Source: an uncultured Acidobacteriota bacterium
GTDB taxonomy: Bacteria; Acidobacteriota; Blastocatellia; RBC074
Reading direction: 5' to 3'
Length of the DNA: 64,000 bases
NCBI GenBank assembly: GCA_963796275.1
Contig: CAWCKY010000006.1
Location: forward strand, 1,472,001 to 1,536,000
Below, in pieces: positions 29,654 to 42,475 of this stretch (position 1 is the stretch's first letter; each line of letters starts with the position of its first letter). The translations under genes were made by a program, and so were the position numbers. The notes beneath the pieces are model-generated. The model was not told the origin of the DNA. It was given only the letters and a program-made list of their open reading frames with translations, and made no database searches.

Positions 29654-31386
29654 TCACCGTTGTCTTGCCGGTGGAACAGTGGACATTTGCTCTTTACTGA
29701 ATCGCGGGAGAAGGTCATCACGCATTGCGAGGTAGTAGACGGCGGCGGCGATCACAATCGCCGATTTCTTGGCGTCGTCTTCGATGATCCGTTCATAGGT
29801 ATCGAGGTTGGTATGCCAGGTTGCAGATTGGTATTCGATCGGATCCTGAACTGCGCCAATGCCGGGGAGGCCGGCGCGATTGAACGAAGTATGGTCTGAG
29901 CCGCCCAGGCCACGACTGCGCGTGGCAACGGTTCCGAAAAAGCCGAGGTCTGAAAACGGTGCGAGGGCCTCACGCAGACTGTCGGCCGCCTCGACGGGGC
30001 CGAAGACGCTCATTCCGCGCGCGCGCCCCGTTCCCGAGTCGATATTGAAATAGCCGCCGAATTTGAAATATGCCGGCTTGGGCGCTTCGAAGCTGCCGAA
30101 ATGTTTATTGATATATGCCTGAGAACCGAGCAATCCCTGCTCCTCTCCGCTCCAAAGCGCAACCCGGATAGTGCGGCGGGGTTTGAGGCCGATGGCTTTG
30201 AGAATTCGAGCTGCTTCCATCATGACCGCGCAGCCGATGGCGTTATCGGTCGCGCCGGTCGCAGCGTGCCAAGAATCGAGATGACCGCCGAGCATTATCA
30301 CCTCGTCTTTTCTGTCCAACCCGGGAATCTCGGATACGACGTTATAAGCTGTTCTACCCTCCGGATGGAGCCGGTTTACGATATTGAACTCGAGTTCGAC
30401 CGGCGTCCCGCCCGCCATGATGCGCGAGATGCGGCCATAGTCTTCGTTGCTCATATAGACGGTCGGTACAACCTTCGATGGATCGAAGTTGCGATTGTGA
30501 AAGGCGCGAATCTGCCTATGATCTCGACCGCCATCATCGATCCGCAGCAGCGCACCATTCGCCAGCAGGAACGTATCAATTATCTCGCTCACCCGCCGGC
30601 GGTTGAGCCTCTGCGGTTCTTGTTGTGGTGGCTGTTGCCCCGATTGCCCCGATTGCCTCGATGATTGCCCCGATTGCCCTGGTTGTCCCGATGATTGCCC
30701 CGATTGCCCCGATTGCCCCGTTGGGGCTGATTGATTCTGTTGTTGATTTTCCCGGCTGCTGGCAACCGGCTGCGGCTTGCCGGAGAATCGATCTTTGGCA
30801 GCCTGATCATCAATTCGTTTGGGAGGCGGGGTGAGGTTGACGCTGACCTCCATGTGGTTACCCACCATCACGATCTTGCGTTTGATATTCTCCTTCATCG
30901 TGTCCAGATAAGCGTTAAGTTCAATCTGCGTCGGATTGCCGGGCGGAGACATCTGGATGACCGGTGCGGTGATCGTTCCGTTGGTGCTCGGCGTCCAGGC
31001 CATTACCTCGCACGTCAACGGCTCTTTGATGGGCGAAACGATGTGAGCGGTCAATCGTTCGTTGGTCCAGCCTTGATGGCCGAAGTCCCAGGGATCGAGA
31101 GCCCCGTTTTCAAATCCCCATTCCGCCATCTGTTTGATCGCCCATTTGCCGGCGTTTTCGAGGTTCGGTGAACCGGTCAATCGCGGGCCGTAGACATCGG
31201 TCAAATAATGCATTGACCGCATGATCCATGAAGTTTTCCATCGCTTCTTTCCGGTATCTTCTCTTGAATATCGCGGGCTATCAGCGGTGGGGGATCCGAT
31301 TGAGATTGTCCTCGGACGTGTGTGTAAGCGGCGTATGGAAGAAGTAGTGCCAGACAAAGCAATGAAATTTTGAGCGTACGCACCAT
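29654..31386 (-). CDS. M28 family peptidase (carboxypeptidase Q-like), exported; reading frame broken near 31231-31254
   Basis: [50 protein letters not shown]. The signal-peptide ORF 31201-31386 joins the main ORF if two duplicated bases are removed ([22 protein letters not shown]). Confidence 0.85.
30632..30722 (-). repeat. 9-bp tandem repeat encoding a Gly-Gln-Ser linker inside the M28 peptidase
   Basis: Repeated GATTGCCCC on the + strand; protein [28 protein letters not shown]. Confidence 0.85.
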
Positions 31387-31509
31387 AGATTCTCCTCAGA
31401 ACTGGTTGGCAGTCGCTTGATCAACCGCGACAATAAATAGCAAGATGCCAACCCTTCTTTATCGTTTTCAGGGTATTGTATCTATATATATTGTCTCTAT
31501 TCTCGGTTC

Positions 31510-31539
31510 TTGACAAGATTTGAACCGCACCTTTAGTAT
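31510..31539 (+). promoter_or_regulatory. Putative sigma70 promoter of glgA
   Basis: TTGACA-18 nt-TAGTAT, about 54 nt upstream of the ATG. Confidence 0.6.
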
Positions 31540-31592
31540 CACGCATCCGTCTCACATTTCAATCACAGGAAGGGCCGAAGTCCTCAAAAAAG

Positions 31593-33038
31593 ATGCGCGT
31601 CATTTTTGCTTCGTCAGAAGTTGTGCCTTATTCAAAAACAGGCGGGCTCGCTGATGTGGCAGGGTCCTTACCCAGGGCTCTCTCCCGCATCGGATGCGAC
31701 ATCAGTGTCGTCACGCCGCGTTATACCGGACTGGGCAAGCGTCACGGAGATGTCGTCGATAGCGCCAGGGGAGAAGTCTTCATCAACGATCTGAGCGTAC
31801 CTTTCGCCGCCACGACCAAATATGCCGTCGTTTGGCGGGACTGGCTGGATGGCGCGCCGGTCTATCTGATCGATAATGACGAGTACTTCGGGCACGGATA
31901 CATTTACGGCAGCGGCGATTTCGATGCCGAGCGCTTCGCCTTCTTCAGCCGCTCCTGTCTCGAGCTGGCCAGAAGGATCGGCGGGCCGCCCGATATATTC
32001 CACTGCAATGACTGGCAGACCGGATTCATTCCCGCCTACCTGAAGACGACCTACGCGCGCGATCCATTCTTCGCGCGCACTGCAACGCTCTTCACGATCC
32101 ACAACCTGGCTTATCAGGGACAGTTCGACCCAAATCTGCTCGCGCATTTCGGATTCGATTGGGATGTTTTCCGCTACGGTATGGAGTTTCATGGGACGGC
32201 GAGCGCGATGAAGGCCGGCATCTATTTTTCGACCGCGCTTTCGACTGTCAGCCCCAGGTACGCCGAGGAGATTCAAACACCTGAATTCGGTAATAAACTC
32301 GATGGTCTGTTACGGTCACGGCGCGACGTCCTGGTCGGGATATTGAATGGGGTGGATTATGAGGAATGGAGTCCGGAGACCGATATAGAGATCGCTTCGA
32401 ACTACTCGATCACCGACCTCGGCGGAAAGGCTGAATGCAAGCGCGAGCTGCTGGAACGTTATAACTTGCCGGCAGACACCGAGAAGCCGGTCGTCGGCAT
32501 TATCTCGCGACTGACGATGCAGAAGGGGATAGACCTCGTCGCTCAATCGGTCTGGCGTCTTCTCGATACCGGGGCATCATTCGTCCTGTTGGGCTCGGGC
32601 GCCGATAGTTATGAGAGCTACTTCCAGCACGCGCGCGATACGCGCCCCAATCAGGTGGGCGTCTATTTCGGTTACAACAATTCGCTGGCTCATCAGATCG
32701 AAGCGGGGGCAGATATCTTTCTGATGCCATCGGCATACGAACCGTGCGGGCTGAATCAGATGTATAGTTTGAAGTACGGCACAGTGCCGATCGTCCGCGG
32801 CGTGGGTGGGCTTGACGATACGATCCGTAATTTCGAGCGGTCGACGGCGATCGGAAACGGCTACAAATTCTACGACTATTCTCCCGATCGGCTGGTTGAA
32901 AAGTTCTATGAAGCATTAATGGTCTTTTACGATCGCGACCTCTGGCGTAAACTGCAGCGAAACGGTATGCGGGAGGATTTTTCGTGGAATCGCACGGCTC
33001 ATCAATATATCAATGCATATAATCGAATCGTTCAGTAA
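31593..33038 (+). CDS. glgA: Glycogen synthase
   Basis: [49 protein letters not shown]. Confidence 0.96.
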   Translation: MRVIFASSEVVPYSKTGGLADVAGSLPRALSRIGCDISVVTPRYTGLGKRHGDVVDSARGEVFINDLSVPFAATTKYAVVWRDWLDGAPVYLIDNDEYFGHGYIYGSGDFDAERFAFFSRSCLELARRIGGPPDIFHCNDWQTGFIPAYLKTTYARDPFFARTATLFTIHNLAYQGQFDPNLLAHFGFDWDVFRYGMEFHGTASAMKAGIYFSTALSTVSPRYAEEIQTPEFGNKLDGLLRSRRDVLVGILNGVDYEEWSPETDIEIASNYSITDLGGKAECKRELLERYNLPADTEKPVVGIISRLTMQKGIDLVAQSVWRLLDTGASFVLLGSGADSYESYFQHARDTRPNQVGVYFGYNNSLAHQIEAGADIFLMPSAYEPCGLNQMYSLKYGTVPIVRGVGGLDDTIRNFERSTAIGNGYKFYDYSPDRLVEKFYEALMVFYDRDLWRKLQRNGMREDFSWNRTAHQYINAYNRIVQ

Positions 33039-33295
33039 CGCCTGAAATCGACACAATGGCGCGAAATATCTCCCGATTTTTGTGTACGTGTCATTTTTTT
33101 ACATTTATTGAATCTATCTAGCCCCAGGCATTGAGGATTTACTTTAGATATGAGCACTGACACATTAGCTCTATCTTGTTATTAGATGACGATATGCCAG
33201 CAGCCGCATATGTTTGATATAATATGTGGTCGGAAGACCCGTATGGTAGTAGATTTGCCAGTGATGGCGGATAATTTAAAACGAAGGAGAATGCA

Positions 33296-33631
33296 ATGAG
33301 TGAATTTATCGCTGAAGTTACAGATACGAACTGGGGTGACGAGGTTTTGAGTTCGGATAAACCCGTACTCGTTGATTTCTGGGCAGCCTGGTGCGGGCCC
33401 TGCCGGATGCTTGCGCCGACTGTGGAAGCGGTGGCTGAAAAGTATCGAGACAAAGCTAAAGTCGTCAAACTCAATGTTGACGAAAATGTCGAGAGCCCGG
33501 CGAAATATGGCATCCGTGGAATCCCGACCTTGATTCTCTTTCATAATGGACAGGAAGTGGATCGCCACGTTGGCATTCCGGCCAACGCAAAAGAGACTAT
33601 TTCGCAAATGATTGAAAGAAGATTGGTGTAA
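33296..33631 (+). CDS. trxA: Thioredoxin
   Basis: VDFWAAWCGPC, GIPTL; AAGGAG RBS. Confidence 0.96.
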   Translation: MSEFIAEVTDTNWGDEVLSSDKPVLVDFWAAWCGPCRMLAPTVEAVAEKYRDKAKVVKLNVDENVESPAKYGIRGIPTLILFHNGQEVDRHVGIPANAKETISQMIERRLV

Positions 33632-33650
33632 TTTGAGATCCGACTCGAGA

Positions 33651-33682
33651 GTCCGGAGTCGATAACCCGAATGACTCCGGGC
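33651..33682. other. Intergenic hairpin between trxA and trxB
   Basis: GTCCGGAGTC ... GACTCCGGGC; no U-tract. Confidence 0.45.
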
Positions 33683-33697
33683 TCAGGACCATAAAAT

Positions 33698-34639
33698 ATG
33701 TCTACACTTTACGATGTTGTTATCATTGGCGGAGGGCCGACCGGGCTCGCCGCCGCGGTTTACACGGGCCGCTCGCTCCTCAAGACGCTTGTGTTGGAGA
33801 AGCATGTGCCCGGAGGGCAGATCGCACTCTCTGCCGCGATAGATAATTATCCTGGTTTTGCCGACGGCATATCCGGATACGAATTTGCTGAAGCTTTTCT
33901 GAAACACGCCCGGCGTTTCGGCGCGGAGGTCCGTGTCGGCGTTGGGGCCGAATCAGTAGTGCATAATGATGACGGGACATTCACCGTTGGCGTAGGAATG
34001 AGCGGCGAAGAGCCGGTCAGGGCGAAGTCCCTGATTCTGGCCATGGGACGCCATCCGCGCAAACTCGAAGTGCCCGGTTACGAGAAGCTGTTTGGCAGCG
34101 GCGTGAGCGTTTGCGCTACCTGCGATGGCGCCTTCTTCCGCAATGTGCCGGTGGCAGTGGTCGGCGGGGGAAACTCGGCAGTCGAGGAGGGTCATTTTCT
34201 GACTCGGTACGCCTCGGATGTATTCTCCATTCACCGGCGCGATAATTTCAGCGCCCAGAAGATTCTGATCGAGCAATATCTCAATGACTCAAAAGTTACG
34301 CCCGTCTGGGATTCGGTGGTCGAAGCGATTCATGGCGACCGGGAGGTCGAGGGCATACGCGTGCGTAACCTGAAGACCGATAAGGTCGAGGAGATTCCCG
34401 TAAAGGCCGTCTTCGTTTTCATCGGCTGGATACCGAATTCGGACCTGGTCAAGCACCTGGTCGAGCGGGACGAGCAGGGGCGCGTTTATGTAAACGAGTT
34501 GATGGAGACGAAAGTGCCGGGGCTATTTGCCGCGGGCGACCTGTGCGTCAGACCAATCTATCAACTCGCGAACGTCGTTGCGGATGGAGTCCAGGCCGCG
34601 GTCTCGGTCGAGAGATACCTGGAAAACAAGAGACACTAG
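33698..34639 (+). CDS. trxB: Thioredoxin-disulfide reductase
   Basis: [34 protein letters not shown]. Confidence 0.94.
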   Translation: MSTLYDVVIIGGGPTGLAAAVYTGRSLLKTLVLEKHVPGGQIALSAAIDNYPGFADGISGYEFAEAFLKHARRFGAEVRVGVGAESVVHNDDGTFTVGVGMSGEEPVRAKSLILAMGRHPRKLEVPGYEKLFGSGVSVCATCDGAFFRNVPVAVVGGGNSAVEEGHFLTRYASDVFSIHRRDNFSAQKILIEQYLNDSKVTPVWDSVVEAIHGDREVEGIRVRNLKTDKVEEIPVKAVFVFIGWIPNSDLVKHLVERDEQGRVYVNELMETKVPGLFAAGDLCVRPIYQLANVVADGVQAAVSVERYLENKRH

Positions 34640-36004
<1,365 letters not shown>

Positions 36005-36105
36005 TCCCCCCTTTTCCGAACTGTCGAAAACTGGCGCAATCCATTTGTAATGGTAAGTCGTGACGGCTACGAACTGATACTGGCCGTCCGCGTACAGCCG
36101 AGCGC

Positions 36106-36300
36106 TTGAGTCTACGCGAAATTGAGAAAACACTATTAACTCACCCATTCGAGCGATGGCCATTGGGGCGCGTCATCGGAATCCAAGAGGACGCGGTGCG
36201 ATCGATAGGTGACGATGAGAGGATAGTAGAGAATCGGGAAGCGCTGAAACGCATGCTTGAACTTCACCGGATAAGGACAGACCTATGGCCGTCAGCATAG
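36106..36300 (+). pseudogene. Possible 3' remnant of a hypothetical gene
   Basis: Protein-like C-terminus (HPFERWPLGRVIG...TDLWPSA) but only a TTG start, no RBS, and an in-frame stop just upstream. Confidence 0.3.
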
Positions 36301-36332
36301 CTGTAGGTGCACTCAGTTAAGGATATAGCTCA

Positions 36333-36983
36333 ATGATCAAACTGGCGCTGGCCGATGGTCGACGTAGCCGCGCGATCGTATGCGACGCGATACTTTTCGA
36401 TATGGATGGGACGCTGGTCGATTCCACCATCTGCGTTGAATCGACGTGGCGGAACTGGGCCATTCGGCATGGCCTCGATTTCGAAATGCTGCTTAGTATA
36501 GCCCACGGCCGGCAGAACCATGAAACGATACGGCTCATCGCCCCCCACCTTAACACGCCAGAGGAGATAGCATCTCTCGTTCGCGCCGAGGAAGAATGTC
36601 ACGATGGGATTGTCGCGGTGGCGGGCGCACGTGATCTGGTGGATAAACTACCACTCGAATGTTGGGCAGTGGTCACTTCCGCCTGGAGGAGGCTCGCAGA
36701 GATTCGGTTGCAGTGTGCCGGGCTTCCGCTCCCGGGAGTTCTGATCACCGCCGATGAGGTCAAACGCAGCAAACCGCATCCAGACGGCTATTTTGCTGCC
36801 GCGGCTCGCCTCGGGGTCGAGCCCGCCGAATGCCTTGTCTTCGAAGATGCTCCGGCCGGGATCGAGGCCGCTACGGCAGCTGGTATGAACGTGGTCGGTA
36901 TTAAGACTACGTTCTCTCGCGATCAGCTTGGATGCGAATGGTGTATCGATGATTTCCAGTCGATTTCCGTATTGCAAGAATGA
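36333..36983 (+). CDS. HAD-IA family phosphatase (YfbT-like sugar phosphatase)
   Basis: FDMDGTLVDS, VTSA, KPHPDGY, FEDAPAG. Confidence 0.92.
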   Translation: MIKLALADGRRSRAIVCDAILFDMDGTLVDSTICVESTWRNWAIRHGLDFEMLLSIAHGRQNHETIRLIAPHLNTPEEIASLVRAEEECHDGIVAVAGARDLVDKLPLECWAVVTSAWRRLAEIRLQCAGLPLPGVLITADEVKRSKPHPDGYFAAAARLGVEPAECLVFEDAPAGIEAATAAGMNVVGIKTTFSRDQLGCEWCIDDFQSISVLQE

Positions 36984-37093
36984 GAATCTCGGCAATTCCA
37001 CATTTCAACCACAAACGCCGCTGAAATGTGACATCGTCGTGGTATTCGCACACGACCTTTCTTAATGGTGGTGTTCGGCTTATCATCTCGCCC

Positions 37094-37504
37094 ATGAACA
37101 ACGAGCTACAATCGAAAGTGCCATATCGCGTCAGCGAACCTCACTACTCAGTCGCCCCGCAGATGGTTACGACCGCATTTGAACTCCCTGGCTATCGGAT
37201 CAGGCGGAACCTCGGAGTAGTGCGCGGCATCGTCGTCCGCTCCCGCTCGATTGTGGCGAACATCGGCGCTTCACTGCAGACGCTCATCGGCGGCAACATC
37301 ACAGCCTGGACTCGTTTGTGTGAGGAGACGCGGGCTGAAGCGTTTGAAATCATGGTGCAGCACGCAACGGAGGTCGGTGCGAATGCCATTATCGGCGCCC
37401 GATATGACGCGACCGAGATCGCCACGGGGGCGACGGAGGTGCTGGCTTATGGGACCGCGGTGATCGTTGAGCCGCTGGAAGAGAACAGCTTATATAAAAC
37501 CTGA
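37094..37504 (+). CDS. YbjQ (UPF0145) family protein
   Basis: LGVVRGIVVRSRS...GANAIIGARYD...EVLAYGTAV. Confidence 0.9.
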   Translation: MNNELQSKVPYRVSEPHYSVAPQMVTTAFELPGYRIRRNLGVVRGIVVRSRSIVANIGASLQTLIGGNITAWTRLCEETRAEAFEIMVQHATEVGANAIIGARYDATEIATGATEVLAYGTAVIVEPLEENSLYKT

Positions 37505-37525
37505 TGCTCGCGAGATGGAATAGTT

Positions 37526-38230
37526 ATGGTGCCTCTCTCATATCTCTCTCCAAGAACGACTGTGAAGCCGAGCCCTATTCAGGGCAGGGGCCTCTTTGCC
37601 ACCGAGCCGATCCATAAGGGCGAGATCGTTTGCGTCAAGGGAGGGTATATTTTCAACCGGCAGAAATTGCAGGAAGTCAGCCAATCTCTTGGCCCTTCTG
37701 AAATCCAGATCGCAGAGGATATGTTTATCGGGCCGCTCAATGAAGAGGAGCGCGAGGCTAGCATGATCTTCAGCAATCACTCATGCGATCCGAACATAGG
37801 CGTACAGGGCCAGATCGTCTTCGTCGCCATGCGGGACATCGATGCTGGAGTATCCGTTCAATGGAGCACACCGGAGTTGCAAGGCGCGATCGGCGGCGGA
37901 GCCTTCACCTCGCAGTTCAATGGCGCTTTCGCAGGTGAACACGAATTGACTCAATACTTTCCCGATGGAACCCCACACGGGTCGTGGACAGTCAAGATTG
38001 AGAAGACCGCCAGCATTTTCGAGATTTTCTGGCGGAAAGGAGAGAATATTCATTTCAGCGGTTTAGGGCTTGAAATGTCGAACGGACTCGCGGTGAGTTG
38101 GTATCCGGACATCCGACAACTTGCCTTATTGGATTACATCATTGATCCTGAGGATCGTGAATGCCTTATAGGCACGTGGGCATTGGGCGGGTTTACTTCA
38201 TTGGGCACTGAAATATTGAAACGAAAGTGA
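37526..38230 (+). CDS. SET-domain N-terminus fused to an unrelated C-terminal region (probable chimera)
   Basis: SPIQGRGLFA..PIHKGE, NHSCDPN, VAMRDIDAG; the expected EELT.DY motif is absent. Confidence 0.7.
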   Translation: MVPLSYLSPRTTVKPSPIQGRGLFATEPIHKGEIVCVKGGYIFNRQKLQEVSQSLGPSEIQIAEDMFIGPLNEEEREASMIFSNHSCDPNIGVQGQIVFVAMRDIDAGVSVQWSTPELQGAIGGGAFTSQFNGAFAGEHELTQYFPDGTPHGSWTVKIEKTASIFEIFWRKGENIHFSGLGLEMSNGLAVSWYPDIRQLALLDYIIDPEDRECLIGTWALGGFTSLGTEILKRK

Positions 38231-38265
38231 GTCTGCCTTTCATCATACATAGGAGGATTGCAGCC

Positions 38266-39369
38266 ATGTATGTTAGATCACTGAGTACGGCCGAACAACT
38301 GAAGCGTTATGTTGACTTCGGGCAGGATGTCTATCGCCAGAACCCGTACTGGGTGCCTACCGATGTCGATCATATGATTGAAGTGCTGGGAGGCCGAGGC
38401 GGATTTGGGTCCGGCACACTAATACAGGCGTTCTGGGTGGAGGAGAACGACCGCGTATTGGCGACTGTCGCGGCAGTCAGAGATGAGGCGTACAACCGCC
38501 ACTGGGACGAACAGATGGGGCATCTCCTCTTCTTTGAAGCGCTTCCGGATCAAGACGAGGCAGTCGACACCCTCATACAGGCGGCATGTGACTGGCTCCG
38601 CGTTCGTGGCTGTCAAGCGGCGCGGTTCTCGATGCTGCCGGGAATGCAGATGCCGCTAACCATAGATGCATACGACTCGATCCCAACCATTTTTCATACC
38701 TATAATCCCCATTATTATCACGGCTACGTTAAGAATGGCGGGTTCATAACCGAGCACGGCGCCGTGCAGTATCAGATCCGATTCACACCTGAACTGGCTC
38801 ATCGCTACAGAAGTATGGTGGAGCGTGCCATAAACTCAGGAGTTTTATTACGGTCGTGGGACTTCAGCCGCATGGAAGCAGAGAATGAGACTTTTACTAA
38901 GTTGGTCAATGAGACATTCGAGGCGCATTGGGGATTCATGCCCCTGAAGAAAGATGTGATGAGCGGGCTGACGGTTGAGTTGAAGGACTTGCTGGTCGCG
39001 GATTTCACGGTTTTTGCCGAAATCGAAGGGCAGACGGCCGGGTTCGTCTATTCGCTGCCTGACTTAAACCAGGCATTCCAGCGAATGCGAGGGAAAGACA
39101 TAGGGGCGAACGTTCCCGAACTCCAGCAGCGACTTGGGGAAATAGATCACGGAGTGCTTCTGATCATAGGCGTGAAGCAGGATTACCGTGGGCGCGGGAT
39201 TAATCTTGCGATGGCCGCCAAGAGCTATCTGGCGATGATCGAACGCGGCTACAAAACCGGAAGCTACACTATCGTCTTGGATGATAATTGGCCATCGCGT
39301 CGCACCGCCGAGAAGTTGGGCGCGCATGTCACCAGAAATTTCAACGTTTATCGGAAAGAGTTGAATTGA
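38266..39369 (+). CDS. GNAT-fold acyltransferase (YghO-like)
   Basis: YRQNPYWVP, GHLLFFE, YNPHYY, HWGF.P, GVKQDYRGRG (acetyl-CoA motif A); AGGAGG RBS. Confidence 0.75.
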   Translation: MYVRSLSTAEQLKRYVDFGQDVYRQNPYWVPTDVDHMIEVLGGRGGFGSGTLIQAFWVEENDRVLATVAAVRDEAYNRHWDEQMGHLLFFEALPDQDEAVDTLIQAACDWLRVRGCQAARFSMLPGMQMPLTIDAYDSIPTIFHTYNPHYYHGYVKNGGFITEHGAVQYQIRFTPELAHRYRSMVERAINSGVLLRSWDFSRMEAENETFTKLVNETFEAHWGFMPLKKDVMSGLTVELKDLLVADFTVFAEIEGQTAGFVYSLPDLNQAFQRMRGKDIGANVPELQQRLGEIDHGVLLIIGVKQDYRGRGINLAMAAKSYLAMIERGYKTGSYTIVLDDNWPSRRTAEKLGAHVTRNFNVYRKELN

Positions 39370-39370
39370 G

Positions 39371-39925
39371 ATGAAAAGATGCCAGTGGGCAAAAACCGAG
39401 ATATCTATCAGCTACCATGACGAGGAGTGGGGAGTACCAAGGCACGATGATCGCACTTTATTCGAATTCCTCATCCTGGAGGGCGCGCAAGCAGGGCTCA
39501 GCTGGGAAACAATTCTGAAGAAACGGGAGAATTACCGCAAAGCATTCGATAACTTCGATGCCAGTATTGTCGCTGAATACAATCAACGCAAGGTGGATAA
39601 TTTACTCGCGGACTCGGGGATCATTCGTAATGAACTCAAGATCAAGGCTGCAATCGTGAACGCGCGCGCCTTTCTCGCAGTGCAGGAGGAGTTCGGTAGT
39701 TTCGATCTATATATCTGGGACTTTGTGGGCGGCCGCCCGATAAGGAATGCATGGAAATCATCTGGGGTGCCCGCAAATACGAGCGAGTCAGACGCGATGA
39801 GCAAAGATTTAAAGCGTCGGGGATTTAAATTTGTGGGAACAACGATCTGTTACGCATTTATGCAGGCGATAGGAATGGCCAATGATCATGAAAAAAATTG
39901 TTTCCGTTATCAAGAGATTGGGTGA
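39371..39925 (+). CDS. tag: DNA-3-methyladenine glycosylase I
   Basis: RCQW, YHDEEWGVP, LEGAQAGLSW, GFKFVG.TICYAFMQAIG..NDH...C. Confidence 0.95.
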   Translation: MKRCQWAKTEISISYHDEEWGVPRHDDRTLFEFLILEGAQAGLSWETILKKRENYRKAFDNFDASIVAEYNQRKVDNLLADSGIIRNELKIKAAIVNARAFLAVQEEFGSFDLYIWDFVGGRPIRNAWKSSGVPANTSESDAMSKDLKRRGFKFVGTTICYAFMQAIGMANDHEKNCFRYQEIG

Positions 39926-39953
39926 TGTAGTTAATACCTCGGTTTCAATCGAA

Positions 39954-41457
39954 ATGGCGCTCTGGTTGACCCTAGTTCTGCCGGGGGCTACGGCATGCTC
40001 CACAAAAACGCCATCGGCGCCCGCTTCGACCGGCGAGGCCCTCATTGCGCGCGCGAAGTCGCTCGAACTCGACACTCCGTACGTGCCGCCTCCGGGTGAT
40101 CCCCTCCAACATCACGCCTCCGGCTTCGCCAAAATCATGTGCTCGGCGGTTTTCATCACGGGCCTCGATCCCGAATTTGCGGCAGAGAACGTCGGGTATT
40201 TCACGAGCCCCTACGCAGAACGCGCGAAGTTGGGGAAGCCGGTGATCGATCGGGACAACAAGGCCGTGCACGTCACGCTTCCGAATGGCGTGAAGCGTAC
40301 CGCCAAATACATCGGCGACCAGGGGTGCGTGACGCTCCCGGCCGGCAATGATTCATTGAATTTCACGCCAGTCCGTCTCAAGAGCCGCTTACCGGATCCT
40401 TCAACGCAGCCGTGGCCAATGGGCGACGCCCCGTCTGATGCGCCTCTGCCGGCGCAACTCGATGCTGGCAAAGTGAGGCAGGCGGTAGATGCGGCCTTCG
40501 AGCCGGCTTCAGGAATGACGGCCGCGTTCGTCGTCACGTGGAGAGGGCGTATCATCGGCGAGCGGTATGGCGAGGGCATCACGTTGCGCACTCCGCTCGA
40601 GAGCTGGTCGATGGGCAAGAGCTTGACGGCTACGCTGATGGGCATGCTCATCAAGCAGGGCGTCTACGACTTGTGGCAGCCGGCTCCGATTCCCGAGTGG
40701 CAGGGCGAAGGCGATCCGCGCGCCCAAGATTCGCATCGCCGACATCCTGCACATGTCGAGCGGTCTGCGCATCAGGGCGCCGCAGGATCCCGACTACGAT
40801 CCGTCCGGCCCGTATCCCGATCACCTGTATCTCTACACGGGCGGCGTCAACTCTTTCCACTATGCCGCTACGCGCCCGCTGCAGTGGCCGCCCGGCACGG
40901 TCGGCCGCTATCGCAATACTGACCCGGTCCTGATCAACTATCTCGTGCGTCTCGGCGTCGAGAAGCGCAAGGAGGAATATCTGTCGTTCCCGCAGCGTGC
41001 GCTCTTCGACAAGATCGGCATCCGGACGATGGTGATGGAGACGGACCCGTTCGGTAACTTTCTCACGCAGGGGTACGAGTTCGCATCGGGGCGCGATTGG
41101 GCGCGGCTCGGCAACCTCTATCTTCAGGATGGCGTATGGAACGGTGAGCGGATACTGCCAGAGGGTTACGTCAAATTCGTGAGCACGCTGGCGCCCGCGT
41201 GGGAGGCCGACAAGCGCCCCATTTATGGCGGCTTCTTCTGGATCAACGGCGATGGCACGTTCCCGGTACCCCGAGATGCGTACTACATGGCGGGTGCGGG
41301 AGGCCAGACTACGCTGATCATTCCGTCGCACGAGCTCGTCGTGGTGCGTATGGGGCATTACAAGGGCAGTGAGCCCGGCACTGAGGCGTTCAAGAGAGCA
41401 CTATCGCTGCTGATGGAGGCGGTGCCGCAAAAGGTTCAGGGCATAACTGAAAAATAA
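39954..41457 (+). CDS. Serine hydrolase (beta-lactamase/class C-like), probable lipoprotein; frameshift near 40723-40725
   Basis: SMGK (SxxK) in the first ORF; YRN and MAGAGGQ in the second. Deleting one C restores DPRAKIRIADILHMSSGL. Lipobox-like ATAC. Confidence 0.85.
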
Positions 41458-41689
41458 CGATGAGGCATTTAAAGGCGAATGATGTACATTTACTAGAATA
41501 ACTGTTTAGAGATGGTTAAAAGAGATGGTTATGGTATACCGGGTTTACTTGGAATCCAGTTTACGGAAGTAAAAGTTGGAGATGTCTGGACGTTATTTTT
41601 ACCAGACGCTTGGAAATCTAAGTAATAATTACAGATAGTAGGACTAGCGCAGTTTAACAGCGATTGATTATTTAATGAGGAGCATAAAT

Positions 41690-42472
41690 ATGTCTGATAA
41701 ACTTCTGGTCACTCTTGAAAATGGAATCAAGCGCATAACATTCAACAACCCGTCAAGACGCAATGCGGTCGATTCCGAAACTATCAAAGCCTTTAGCGAA
41801 GCGGTAGCGCAATCTGCTGATGATGAAACGCGGGTTGTGATCGTCTCGGGCACCGGAGATTCTTTCTGCGCCGGGGCCGAGCTCCATTCGATCAACCCGG
41901 CTGAAATGGCGAAACGAGATGTCACAGCAATGATCCGGGAAGACGTCAATCCCGGCATCAGAGCGATGAGGGAACTGCCCAAGCCGATCATCGCGCGCGT
42001 TCACGGACACGCGGGAGGCTTGGGGTGCAATTACGCGCTCGCGAGCGACATCATCATCGCCTCGGAGAAAGCATTTTTCGGCCAGCTCTTCATCAGAATA
42101 GGATTGATGCCGGACGGAGGCGGGACTTACTTTTTGCCGCGCCTGATCGGTTACCACCGGGCATTCGAGTTGATGACGTTCGGCGACCCCATACCTGCTC
42201 AACAGGCATTCGAGTTGGGAATAGTCAATCGCGTCGTTCCATTCGACAAGCTCGATACGGTTGTCGATGCATTCGCAACGCGCCTCGCCGCGGGCCCCGG
42301 GCTGGCGATTGCCAAGGTTAAAGCCGGGCTAAATTTCAGCCTGCAAACCGACCTGGCAGGCGCTCTCGAGTTCGAAGCGGTGAATCAGGATGATTGTTTC
42401 CGCTCCGATGATTTCAAAGAGGGCGTGGCAGCTTTTCTACAAAAACGCAATGCTGTTTTCAACGGTCGATGA
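41690..42472 (+). CDS. Enoyl-CoA hydratase/isomerase family protein
   Basis: FCAGAEL, PKPIIARVHG.AGGLG, GLMPDGGGT, DFKEGVAAFLQKR; GAGGAG RBS. Confidence 0.93.
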   Translation: MSDKLLVTLENGIKRITFNNPSRRNAVDSETIKAFSEAVAQSADDETRVVIVSGTGDSFCAGAELHSINPAEMAKRDVTAMIREDVNPGIRAMRELPKPIIARVHGHAGGLGCNYALASDIIIASEKAFFGQLFIRIGLMPDGGGTYFLPRLIGYHRAFELMTFGDPIPAQQAFELGIVNRVVPFDKLDTVVDAFATRLAAGPGLAIAKVKAGLNFSLQTDLAGALEFEAVNQDDCFRSDDFKEGVAAFLQKRNAVFNGR

Positions 42473-42475
42473 TCA

